A stretch of 44,309 nt of DNA from Candidatus Paceibacter sp. (GTDB lineage Bacteria; Patescibacteriota; Minisyncoccia; Phycocordibacterales; GCA-2747955): assembly GCA_014237915.1 (NCBI GenBank), contig JABACC010000005.1:1-44309 (forward strand). Direction: 5' to 3'. Position numbers and translations under genes: made by a program. Below the pieces are notes generated by a model. The model saw only the letters and a list, made by a program, of their open reading frames with translations, ran no database searches and was not told the DNA's origin. Below are positions 18,131 through 27,017 of this stretch, piece after piece. How positions within the stretch are numbered: position 1 is the first letter of the stretch; each line of letters starts with the position of its first letter.

Positions 18131-19060
18131 ATGTTCGATTTAATAATAATTGGTGGCGGGCCAGCTGGAATTGCAGCAGGAGTTTATGCTGCTCGTAAAA
18201 ATATAAAAACTCTTTTTTTAACAAAAGAAATTGGGGGGCAATCAATCGTTTCTTTGGGAATTGAAAACTGGATAGGTGACGAGGTTGTTTCAGGAATCGA
18301 ACTTGCAAAAAGATTAAAAAATCATATCAAAAAATACGAAAGTGAGGATTTGGTTATAAAAGAAAATGTTTGGGTAGAAAAAATTTCAGGAAACAACGGA
18401 GATTTTTCTGTTAAAACAAAAGCTGGAGAATTTAAATCAAAGAAAATTTTAATAACTTCAGGAAGTAGAAGAAAAAAACTTCCAGCAAAAGGCGCAGATG
18501 TTTTTGAACACAAAGGGCTCACCTACTGCGCTTCTTGCGACGGGCCATTTTTTAAAGATAAAGATGTTGTTGTTGTTGGTGGTGGAAATTCTGGTTTTGA
18601 AACAGCTTCGCAGTTAATGGCTTATTGTAAATCTGTTTTAGTTTTACAAAGAGGAGAAGCTTTCAAGGCTGATCCTACAACAATAGAAAAAGTTTTAGAA
18701 AATGAAAATGTAAGCGCGCTTACAAACGCTCAGGTTACAGAAATCAGAGGCGAAAAATTTGTTGAAGAAATAGATTATATTGTTAATGGAGAAAATGGTG
18801 AAGAAAAAATTACAAAAAAAGTTTCAGGAGTTTTTGTAGAAATTGGCGCTGTTCCCTCTCTTGATTTTTTAGAAGAAAATTTTTTGCAAAAAAATAAATG
18901 GGGAAAAATTGAAATTGATTGTAAAAATCAAAAAACTTCTCTTGCTGGAGTTTGGGCAGCTGGTGATTGCACAGATGTTTTATATCATCAAAACAATATT
19001 GCAATGGGTGATGCAGTTAAAGCGCTTGAAGATATTTATCTTGATTTAAAAATAAAATAA
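18131..19060 (+). CDS. trxB: thioredoxin reductase / AhpF-like disulfide oxidoreductase
   Basis: GGGPAG, YCASCDG, VGGGNSG, AAGD. Confidence 0.88.
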   Translation: MFDLIIIGGGPAGIAAGVYAARKNIKTLFLTKEIGGQSIVSLGIENWIGDEVVSGIELAKRLKNHIKKYESEDLVIKENVWVEKISGNNGDFSVKTKAGEFKSKKILITSGSRRKKLPAKGADVFEHKGLTYCASCDGPFFKDKDVVVVGGGNSGFETASQLMAYCKSVLVLQRGEAFKADPTTIEKVLENENVSALTNAQVTEIRGEKFVEEIDYIVNGENGEEKITKKVSGVFVEIGAVPSLDFLEENFLQKNKWGKIEIDCKNQKTSLAGVWAAGDCTDVLYHQNNIAMGDAVKALEDIYLDLKIK

Positions 19061-19065
19061 AATTT

Positions 19066-20076
19066 TTATAAATTTTTTATTTGTTCAAAAATTTCCTGCT
19101 CTTCGTTTGAGTCTATTTTTAAGAAATTTTCTTTTTTAATGTCTAAAAAATTTAATTGTTTTTTAATATCGTTTAATAAATATTTATTGTTAAAACCTAT
19201 TCCTCCAGAAAAAATAATAAAATCCACTCCTTTAAGCAGATATTCGCAATATAAAATTTCTTTGATTATAGATTTTTGATAAAAAGTATAAGCTGTGTTT
19301 TCTTTAGAATTTTTATTTTTTTTAGCTTTTTCTATAATTTTTTTTGTGTCTAAACTTCCGGTTAACCCTAAAAACCCAGAAGAAAAAGAAAGTTTTTCTG
19401 ATATTTTTTCTTTTGGCAGGTTTAAAACTGCAAAAATATCAGGATCAATACTCCCCGAACGAGTTTTTCCCATAATTCCAGAAAGTGGTGTAAGCCCCAT
19501 CGAATTATAAATTGAAAATCCTCTTGAAACTGCGGTCACGGAAGATCCTCCGCCCAAATGCACGATTATTATTTTTTCTTTATTTAAATTTTTTATTTTA
19601 TTTTTTAAAATAAATTTTTTCAAAACTGAAGAGTTTGAAATTCCGTGAAAGCCGTATCTTCGCAGAGAATTTTTTTCTGCAATTTTTTGATCGATTGGCA
19701 AAATAAAATTTTCTTTTTCAATTTCAGAATGAAAATGCGTGTCAAAAACCGCGTATTTTTTTATTTTTTTTAGAAAAATTTTTTCAATTTGAAAAAATTT
19801 TTCTAAAAAAGCTTGGTTGTGAATTGGAGCGTATGGCAAAAATTTTTTAATTTGATCTAAAACTTTTTTGTCTATTTTTGAAGTTTTAGACAAAACGCCT
19901 CCGTGAACAACACGAAAACCAATTTTTTCAATATTTTTTAAATTTTTCAAAAAATTATTTTCCGCTTTTTTTTCTTTTAAAGAAAAGTTTTTCTCATCTA
20001 AAATTTTCCCGCTTTTTTCAAAAACTTTATATTTTGTGGTAGCAGATCCTGAATTTACAATTAAGATATTTTTCAT
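19066..20076 (-). CDS. ackA: acetate kinase
   Basis: NSGSATTKY, RVVHGG, VFDTHFH, RRYGFHGIS, HLGGGSS, TRSGSIDP. Confidence 0.93.
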   Translation of the reverse strand: MKNILIVNSGSATTKYKVFEKSGKILDEKNFSLKEKKAENNFLKNLKNIEKIGFRVVHGGVLSKTSKIDKKVLDQIKKFLPYAPIHNQAFLEKFFQIEKIFLKKIKKYAVFDTHFHSEIEKENFILPIDQKIAEKNSLRRYGFHGISNSSVLKKFILKNKIKNLNKEKIIIVHLGGGSSVTAVSRGFSIYNSMGLTPLSGIMGKTRSGSIDPDIFAVLNLPKEKISEKLSFSSGFLGLTGSLDTKKIIEKAKKNKNSKENTAYTFYQKSIIKEILYCEYLLKGVDFIIFSGGIGFNNKYLLNDIKKQLNFLDIKKENFLKIDSNEEQEIFEQIKNL

Positions 20077-20083
20077 TTTTTTA

Positions 20084-21112
20084 TTATAACTTATTTAAAT
20101 TCCTTAAAGTTTTTAAATTAAAATCTCTTGATGGATAAACACCCTTGATCTTTTTTAAAAAAACTTTTTCATCGTAGACTTCATCAGCCACAAATAAAAA
20201 TACTCCGTGCTTAACTATTGCTTCAGCAATATTTTTTCTTACATCAGTTCCTAATGTTATTTCTATCATAACATCAAGCTTTGACATTTGAGTAGTTTTT
20301 ATAAATTGCTTATATCTTTCCCTCAGTGTTCTTTTTGCTCCTATTCCATAAGTTTTTCCGCTTAACTCGAAGAAGAAATCAAATTCTGTTGAAGTATTAT
20401 TCTTGTCATGCATTTTATGAATATTTTCTGACTTTAATCCTGTTTTAATAAGTGTTGACTTTATTCTATCCTCATAATTACTTCCTGAATCAGATATTAT
20501 TGATTGATTTATACTCTCATTAAACATAAGCATAAAAATTTGATTAGGCTCAACCCCGTATTTCTTCAAACTTAATGCTTGTTTAGAAAGTTCTCTAATA
20601 AATAAATCCGAGGTTTTACTTAAAAAAATAGACTCATTATTTTCTAATTTATTGAAAAACAATAAAGATAATAAGGCGCCATTAACTCTGGTAGAGTATG
20701 GACTATAAGTTGTAATCTTATCGTACTCCAAAGAAAGAGGGTTTAATTTATCAAGTTTTGATATGTCAAATAAATTTTTAGTTTTAGCCTCTTGTAAAAG
20801 CAGATCTTTAATAGAGTACAACTTTAAAGAGAATAAAAATAAATTAAAATCCTTATTGTTATTTATTTCTGAAAAAATTAATAAAATTTTATTTTTTTTA
20901 TCAGATCCATCCTTCAAATTATCTTCTAAAAAATCAGTAATGTTTTTTAGTTTTTCATCAAAATTAACTTTATTGTATAAAGAAATTTTTTCTAAAATAT
21001 TCTTTGTTTGAGTGTCTGTTAATTTAACTTTTACTAAATGTTTTAGAAAAAAATAAAACTTCAAATTTATATTATATTTATTTTTATTGATTTCTAATTT
21101 ATTATTACTCAT
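20084..21112 (-). CDS. putative type II restriction endonuclease
   Basis: EFDFF...GAKRTLRERYKQ resembles the EcoRII-C/Ecl18kI CCGG-family motif; directly downstream of a C5-MTase. Confidence 0.7.
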   Translation of the reverse strand: MSNNKLEINKNKYNINLKFYFFLKHLVKVKLTDTQTKNILEKISLYNKVNFDEKLKNITDFLEDNLKDGSDKKNKILLIFSEINNNKDFNLFLFSLKLYSIKDLLLQEAKTKNLFDISKLDKLNPLSLEYDKITTYSPYSTRVNGALLSLLFFNKLENNESIFLSKTSDLFIRELSKQALSLKKYGVEPNQIFMLMFNESINQSIISDSGSNYEDRIKSTLIKTGLKSENIHKMHDKNNTSTEFDFFFELSGKTYGIGAKRTLRERYKQFIKTTQMSKLDVMIEITLGTDVRKNIAEAIVKHGVFLFVADEVYDEKVFLKKIKGVYPSRDFNLKTLRNLNKL

Positions 21113-21122
21113 AAAAATATTT

Positions 21123-22085
21123 CTAATTTAAATTTTTAACAATTTCTTTAGCAGTAGCTCTTACTACCGGAACAGCTACACTATTACCACATTGTTTATA
21201 GCCTTGAGTGTCGCTTACAGGCATAAGATAATCATCAGGGAACCCTTGCAATCTTAAAGCTTCTTTGGGTGTTAATTTTCTTGGATTTTTATTTTTCTGT
21301 TCTATTAAAATTTCAGATCCATCTTTGTAATACCTAGCACTTATTGTGCTCGTATACTCTGATTTTTCATTAAACATTGAGTATCCAAAACCATTTCCTT
21401 TTTCTCTATGTTCTTTTTTTCTTCTTTTGTGTCCTGCCCATAATTTATCAGATAAAGTATACTTATCGCTTAAATTGCCTTTTTCTAAAATATCTCCAAC
21501 TACAACCTTTTTATCTACTTTTTTAGGAAATTTAAAATCTATGTTTTTATTTAAAAAGCCAACGATATATATTCTCTCTCTATTCTGAGGCACTCCAAAA
21601 TCTTTTGCGTTTAAAACTTCCGTAAAAACTTTATAGCCTAAATTTTCTAAAGATTCTCTGACTGCCTTAAAGGTTCTTCCTCCATCATGACCTTTAAAAC
21701 CCTTAACGTTCTCCAAAAGAATTGCCTTAGGTAAGTGTTTTTTTAAAATTCTTTCTATGTCAAAATAAAGTGTTCCCCTTGTATCGTTAAAACCTCCCCT
21801 GAGACCGGCATTAGAAAAAGGTTGGCATGGAAAACCTGCAAGAAGGACGTCAAAGTTTGGTATGTCTTCAGCATTAATTTCTGTAATATCTCCACAGGGT
21901 ATCTCATCAAAATTTTCTTGATAAGTTTCTTGTGCAAATTTATCTATATCTGAGCTAAAAACTGATTGACCTCCGAGTTCTTCAAATGGAATTCTTGTGC
22001 CTCCGATACCACAAAACAAATCTATAAATTTAAATGTTTTTTTATCACTGTTCCAACTTTTTTTATCTTTAAATAATTTACCCAT
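21123..22085 (-). CDS. DNA (cytosine-5) methyltransferase
   Basis: FIDLFCGIGG, GFPCQPFS, ENV, PQNRERIY, TISARYYKDGSEILI, GNSV. Confidence 0.96.
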   Translation of the reverse strand: MGKLFKDKKSWNSDKKTFKFIDLFCGIGGTRIPFEELGGQSVFSSDIDKFAQETYQENFDEIPCGDITEINAEDIPNFDVLLAGFPCQPFSNAGLRGGFNDTRGTLYFDIERILKKHLPKAILLENVKGFKGHDGGRTFKAVRESLENLGYKVFTEVLNAKDFGVPQNRERIYIVGFLNKNIDFKFPKKVDKKVVVGDILEKGNLSDKYTLSDKLWAGHKRRKKEHREKGNGFGYSMFNEKSEYTSTISARYYKDGSEILIEQKNKNPRKLTPKEALRLQGFPDDYLMPVSDTQGYKQCGNSVAVPVVRATAKEIVKNLN

Positions 22086-22183
22086 TTTTATTTTAATTTT
22101 TACTAAAAATACTAAGCTTTTTTACATTTTATCATAAAAAAGAATTGATGGAAATTTAGGAAACTTTAAATGTTTTTCTAAAT

Positions 22184-22312
22184 CTATTTAAGAAAATTAA
22201 ATTCTATTTTTTTTATATTTGTTCTTCTAGAATTAATCTTGGGAACTTCTTCAGGTTTTTTAATCTCCCACCCATCAGGCACCTTATTCTTTTGTCTAAC
22301 TTTTCTTTTCAT
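22184..22312 (-). pseudogene. type I RM specificity subunit (HsdS) N-terminal remnant
   Basis: 42-aa frame MKRKVRQKNKVPDGWEIKKPEEV...; the P-x-GW-x-x-KK motif opens HsdS proteins. Confidence 0.45.
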
Positions 22313-23384
22313 TTTTTTCTAAAATATACTTAGCTCTCTCATAAAGTTCATCAAAAGTAATAATCTCTATATTTCTAGAATCTCTTCTAAATAACTCAAA
22401 TGTGTCATTTTTTGTTTTTCTAATTAATTCATCTTCCTCCTCTAAAAGCTCTTTCTTCTTATTTCCTATTATTAAAATTGCTTTAGGGTCCCTTGTTCTT
22501 TGCTTTATATTTTCTTTTTCCCCCTTTATTTGCCATTCTGCTTTTTGTTCAAGTATTTGAGAAAATGCATCCATTAAATTAGTGCTTAACTTCCAAGCTC
22601 CAGATCTGTTTGTGGAGTTTCCAAATAATTCTGTTTCATGAGTTTTTAGCTCTATTAATAATGTAAAATTATTAATTTCACACAAATAATCTGTTCTTGG
22701 ATTATTGCCCTTACCATCTCCCAATGATTGTTCTCTTTTTATGATATTTAAATATTGATAGTCCAAATTAAAGCCAAAAATCCATTCATTTTTTTTAAAA
22801 AAAACTTGCCATTTACCCTCATTAAAATCTTTATCTTCTAAATTTTTTTTAAATTCTTTAAGCTTCTCTTTTCTATAAGCAATGTTTATAATGTCTTCAT
22901 CTGTTATATGTTCTTTCTCCATTAGGGTTTTAATCAAAATTGGTTTTTCTTTTATTAAGTTTTTTAATTACTCTATATTTTGGTCGTAAATATTAAATTT
23001 ATTAATATTTTCGGAAAATTTAATTAAAGGTATGTTATCTAAAAAATTTTTTAATTTTTTAATTTCTTCCCCAACAAAAGAAAAATATATTTTATGTGGG
23101 CTACCTGTTTTCGAGGTAAATTTTTGTAAAGTTAAACAATATATACCATTAGAATCCTCTAAAGTTTTTGCTAAAACCTCTTGTCTCCCGCCAGAAGTTA
23201 GCCTTAATTGTACTTCATCTTTTTTTTTAAAAAAAGATATATATTTCTCTGAGTCTATAACTTTAGAGACATATCTAATATTATTATGACTGCCATCAGG
23301 ATTTTCACTTGCTATTCTTTTGCTAACATAAATTTTATCAAGATTTTTATTGTCTATATATTTTTTTTCATCTCCATCATTCAT
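22296..23384 (-). pseudogene. sduA: Shedu (SduA/DUF4263) nuclease split by one in-frame TAA at 22968-22970
   Basis: Both ORFs share a frame; WQVFFKKNEWIFG, IELK, QILEQK, ILIIG, IEIITFDEL. Confidence 0.8.
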
Positions 23385-23507
23385 TTTTTTATTTTAATTA
23401 AAATTTTCAATTTCCATTATATTAGTTTTTATTTGATTTTTGAGTTGTTCTGCATTCATGCTTTTTGAGTGTTGTCTTTTTTCTTACCAAGACCTTTGGG
23501 TTTTGGG

Positions 23508-23528
23508 GAGCGCAGCGAAGCTGCGCTC
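23508..23528 (+). repeat. GNA-triloop hairpin (GCGAAGC core)
   Basis: gagcgcagc-GAA-gctgcgctc. Confidence 0.85.
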
Positions 23529-23650
23529 ATTTTTTTTTTTTAATAATTTGTTAAAACTAATACAAAATTATAGTTTCACTTAAATAAATTTAATATTTAT
23601 CTATAAGAATATCTTACACAAAATTTAAAAAATTCCTAATGTCAAGCTCA

Positions 23651-23667
23651 AAAAAATATTTAGCTGG
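23651..23667 (+). repeat. 17-bp direct repeat, left of hicAB
   Basis: aaaaaatatttagctgg, identical at 24400-24416. Confidence 0.75.
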
Positions 23668-23714
23668 AAATTTGGAAGTAGATTTTTAGGTTTTTTATTA
23701 AGTTTTTAAAAAAA

Positions 23715-24035
23715 CTAAAAAGATAATATTTGCTTTCTTATATAAGAAGAAACTGAATCAAATCCCTCCTTTAAGGCTTTTTTCTCAATGTCTCTTTTTG
23801 TTTTTGGTGTTACTCTAAACTGAATAACTTCCGATGTTTTTTTAGAATATTCTTTTTCTGCCAAAATTAAATTTGGTAAATTCAAAATTAAATTAGCAAT
23901 ATCTTCTTTCAAAAAATCTTGAGCTATTTTTGCTCCATCACATTCAACATAAACTAAGTTATTTTTTTTATTTTCCTTTAGGGTGTATTCATATTTTTTT
24001 CCATTAACACTTATTGTATTTTTAATTTTTTTCAT
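23715..24035 (-). CDS. HicB-like antitoxin with C-terminal ribbon-helix-helix
   Basis: VIQFRVTPKTKRDIEKKA...SVSSYIR RHH pattern; downstream of hicA. Confidence 0.65.
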   Translation of the reverse strand: MKKIKNTISVNGKKYEYTLKENKKNNLVYVECDGAKIAQDFLKEDIANLILNLPNLILAEKEYSKKTSEVIQFRVTPKTKRDIEKKALKEGFDSVSSYIRKQILSF

Positions 24036-24068
24036 ATTATTATTTGTTTTTTGTTTTTTATTTTTTAT

Positions 24069-24309
24069 TTAAAGTATTTTTTCTTTAATTATTTTAGATA
24101 CAATTTCTTTATATTGAGGCTTGCATTCTTTATGGTGGATAGGAATTATTATATCGTTTTTAAGTTTGTAATGTTTAAATTTAACATGACTTCCCTTTGC
24201 TGGTATTTTCTCAAAACCTAAATTTATTAAAATTTTTTCTATCTGAAAATATTTTAGACCTTTCGGATTTTGAAAAAATTTTTTTTAAATTTTTATCAGA
24301 TCTTGTCAT
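24069..24309 (-). pseudogene. hicA: HicA-family toxin, frameshifted in an A8T6 run
   Basis: Removing one base gives MTRSDKNLKKIFQNPKGLKYFQIEKILINLGFEKIPAKGSHVKFKH...IPIH; not in the ORF track. Confidence 0.8.
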
Positions 24310-24399
24310 TTATATTTAATTTAATTAATAACTTATGCAAAAAATTTTACATATAATACATTATATACTTTTGTAATACACAAATCAAAAAAATTTCAC

Positions 24400-24416
24400 A
24401 AAAAATATTTAGCTGG
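24400..24416 (+). repeat. 17-bp direct repeat, right of hicAB
   Basis: aaaaaatatttagctgg, identical at 23651-23667. Confidence 0.75.
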
Positions 24417-24424
24417 GTTTTTAG

Positions 24425-24451
24425 GGTGGATTTTGCGGAGCAAAATCCACC
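24425..24451 (+). repeat. GNA-triloop hairpin (GGA)
   Basis: ggtggattttgc-GGA-gcaaaatccacc. Confidence 0.9.
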
Positions 24452-24585
24452 AAGTCCGCAAAAAAAAATTTGGCATTTTTTTTAAAATTTTTGTATAATA
24501 AAAAATGTATTAAGAGGAAAAGGATCTGAAAAGTGTCAGTGCTTTAAGTGCTTTTTTTTTTTATAAATATATTTATTTTTTAAAA

Positions 24586-26946
24586 TTAAATTTCCCAATT
24601 TTTTATCTCGTCTGGATCATCTTTTTCTTCTATGTTGTATTTTTTAATTTCTTCTTCTTTTTCTTGCATTTTTTTTGCAATTTCCTGATATTTTTCCTCT
24701 GGAATTAAACCTTGATTTTTGGCAAGTCTTGAAAGGTTTTCTACAAATGAAAATCTTGAAAGCCCTGAGCGAGCCAGCATATCAAAAGGCGAAGTTGTTG
24801 AACCTTCCTCTTTGTAACCATTTATAATAATTCTTTTTGTTAAATCGTAATCAAAAAGTAATTTTTTTATAGTTGAAGAATATCCGTGAAAATTAAATAA
24901 AATTCCTTTTTCTTTTGTTAGAAAATTTTCCAAAATTTCTTCTTTTGAAAAACCTCCAGTGCTATTTTCAGCCAAACAATTTAACCTGAAAATATTTACA
25001 AAACGAACTTTTATTTCTGAAAAATTTTCTCTAAAAAGTTTAAGCCCCACAACTGACTCTTCTGTAACATAATCCCCCACCGAAACCATTACTAAATCTG
25101 GATTTTCATCTGAAAAATTTTCCCAAATCATTATTTCGTCCTCTGCTTGTTTTTTTGCTTGTTTTTCATCGAGCCAAATTCTTTTCATTTTTTTTCCTAC
25201 AACTAAAACATTTAATTTATTTTCACTTTTTAAAACTTTTTCTCCCGCCAAAAGTGTTAAATTTTTATCAGCTGGAAAATAAACATTTACAATATCTAAA
25301 TCTCTGTCTAAAGACCCTGCGATAAAAGAAGGGTTTTGGTGAGAAAATCCGTTGTGATCTTGTCTTTCCAAAAGTGAAGACAAAATAATATTTAAAGACG
25401 AAACTGGTTTTCTAAAATTTGTTCTTTTTGAAATTTTTATAAATTTTACATATTGGTCTGCCATTGAAGAAATTATTTCCGCAAAAGCTTCATAACTTAC
25501 AAAAAAACCAAATCTCCCAGAAATAACATAGCCCCATAACATTCCAAAAAGCATATGTTCTGAAAGCGCTTCTACAACTTTTCCATCTGTTGCAAGTCTG
25601 TCATCGTGGCCTTTGATTGGCATTTGCCAAGCTCTGCTCGTTTTTTTGAAAATTTCTGTTAAGTGGTTTGAATCTGTTTCATCGGGGCAAAAAATTCTAA
25701 AATTTTCCGGATTTTTTTCAAAAACCTCGGCTAAATATTTTCCTAAAAGAAACATTGAGTCTTCTCCTTCGTTTTGAGCGATTTTTTGCGGAGCAAAAAA
25801 TCGCTCAAAACCTGGCAAAATTAAATCTTTTTTCACTTCCCCACCTAAAGATTTTTTTTGTGTTCCAATAGACTTTCCTTCTGGAGGCAGAACTTTTTTC
25901 AAGTCTTCATCTAAAATGATTTCTCCAGAATCAGAAAAAGAAATTAGCTCTTCTGCTTTGTAAGATTTTAGCCAATTTTCAAGCGCTTCTAATTGCTCTT
26001 TATTTTCTTTAACATTTTCAAAAACAATTTGATGTGATGTGTGATTTCCAACAATTTTTTTATCATCAAAAAATTCTGGTGCTCCCATTCCTTTTGGAGT
26101 TTTTAAAATAATTATTGGCCATTTTGGTTTTAACTGGCTTTTCTCTTCCCTGGCTCTTTTTTGCACTCTTTTTATTTGCAAAAGTGCTTTATCGAAAATT
26201 TCAATTCCTCTAACATAAAAATTTTTTTTCTTTTCTGAATCAATAAAAAAAACTCTAAAGCCTAAACCTTCAAAATATTTTTTAATTTCAGAATCTTTCA
26301 TTCTTCCAAAAAAAGTTGGACCTGAAATTTTATAGCCGTTTAAATGCAAAACTGGTAAAACAGCTCCGTCATTTTTCGATGATAAAATTTTATTAAAATT
26401 CCAAGATGCAGAAAGTGCCCCTGTTTCAGCCTCCCCGTCTCCAATTAAACAAACATTTATTAAATTTTTTTGATCCATCACAGATCCTGCAGCAATAGAT
26501 AAAGAGTACCCAAGCTCACCTCCCTCAACAATAGTTCCGGGGGCTTCTGGGTTTAAATGTGAAGGGTAGCCGTAGGGAGTGGAAAAATTTTCAATTATTT
26601 CTTCTGCTCCTTTTTTAGAATATGGAATTTTTTCAGGAGAAAAATGTGAAAGCGATTTTTCTAAAAAAAGCCCTGATTGAAAAGCTGGAAATCCGTGCCC
26701 TGGGCCCACTGTGTATAAAAAATCTAATTCTGGATTTTTCAAAATTTGCCTGTTTGTTTGACCATAAACAAAGGAAATTCCAGGGCAGGTTCCCCAATGC
26801 CCTAAAAGTCTTTTTTTAATATCTTCTTTTTTTAGTTTTCTATCTAAAAAAAAATTATCTCTTAAAAAAATTTGAGCAACAGAAAAATAATTTGCTAATC
26901 TATCATATTTTTTAAGAGCCAAAGCTTCATTTTTTATTTCTGACAT
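24586..26946 (-). CDS. xfp: phosphoketolase (start revised to MSEIK)
   Basis: LLGHWGTCPG, GPGHG, EGGELGYSL, GDGEAETG, LNGYKI, QDHNGFSHQ. The ORF-track start lies inside a hairpin, and TGTTATAAT sits 6 nt before ATG 26946. Confidence 0.95.
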   Translation of the reverse strand: MSEIKNEALALKKYDRLANYFSVAQIFLRDNFFLDRKLKKEDIKKRLLGHWGTCPGISFVYGQTNRQILKNPELDFLYTVGPGHGFPAFQSGLFLEKSLSHFSPEKIPYSKKGAEEIIENFSTPYGYPSHLNPEAPGTIVEGGELGYSLSIAAGSVMDQKNLINVCLIGDGEAETGALSASWNFNKILSSKNDGAVLPVLHLNGYKISGPTFFGRMKDSEIKKYFEGLGFRVFFIDSEKKKNFYVRGIEIFDKALLQIKRVQKRAREEKSQLKPKWPIIILKTPKGMGAPEFFDDKKIVGNHTSHQIVFENVKENKEQLEALENWLKSYKAEELISFSDSGEIILDEDLKKVLPPEGKSIGTQKKSLGGEVKKDLILPGFERFFAPQKIAQNEGEDSMFLLGKYLAEVFEKNPENFRIFCPDETDSNHLTEIFKKTSRAWQMPIKGHDDRLATDGKVVEALSEHMLFGMLWGYVISGRFGFFVSYEAFAEIISSMADQYVKFIKISKRTNFRKPVSSLNIILSSLLERQDHNGFSHQNPSFIAGSLDRDLDIVNVYFPADKNLTLLAGEKVLKSENKLNVLVVGKKMKRIWLDEKQAKKQAEDEIMIWENFSDENPDLVMVSVGDYVTEESVVGLKLFRENFSEIKVRFVNIFRLNCLAENSTGGFSKEEILENFLTKEKGILFNFHGYSSTIKKLLFDYDLTKRIIINGYKEEGSTTSPFDMLARSGLSRFSFVENLSRLAKNQGLIPEEKYQEIAKKMQEKEEEIKKYNIEEKDDPDEIKNWEI
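25771..25811 (+). repeat. GNA-triloop hairpin inside the xfp CDS
   Basis: gttttgagcgattttttgc-GGA-gcaaaaaatcgctcaaaac, 19-bp perfect stem; encodes FERFFAPQKIAQN. Confidence 0.92.
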
Positions 26947-26960
26947 TTTTTTATTATAAC

Positions 26961-27001
26961 AAAAAGGGTGCAAAATGCCTTCGGCATTTTGCACCCTTTT
27001 T
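26961..27001 (-). repeat. GNA-triloop hairpin between pgk and xfp
   Basis: aaaaagggtgcaaaatgcc-TTC-ggcattttgcaccctttt(t). Confidence 0.9.
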
Positions 27002-27017
27002 TCCTTATCATCATTTT

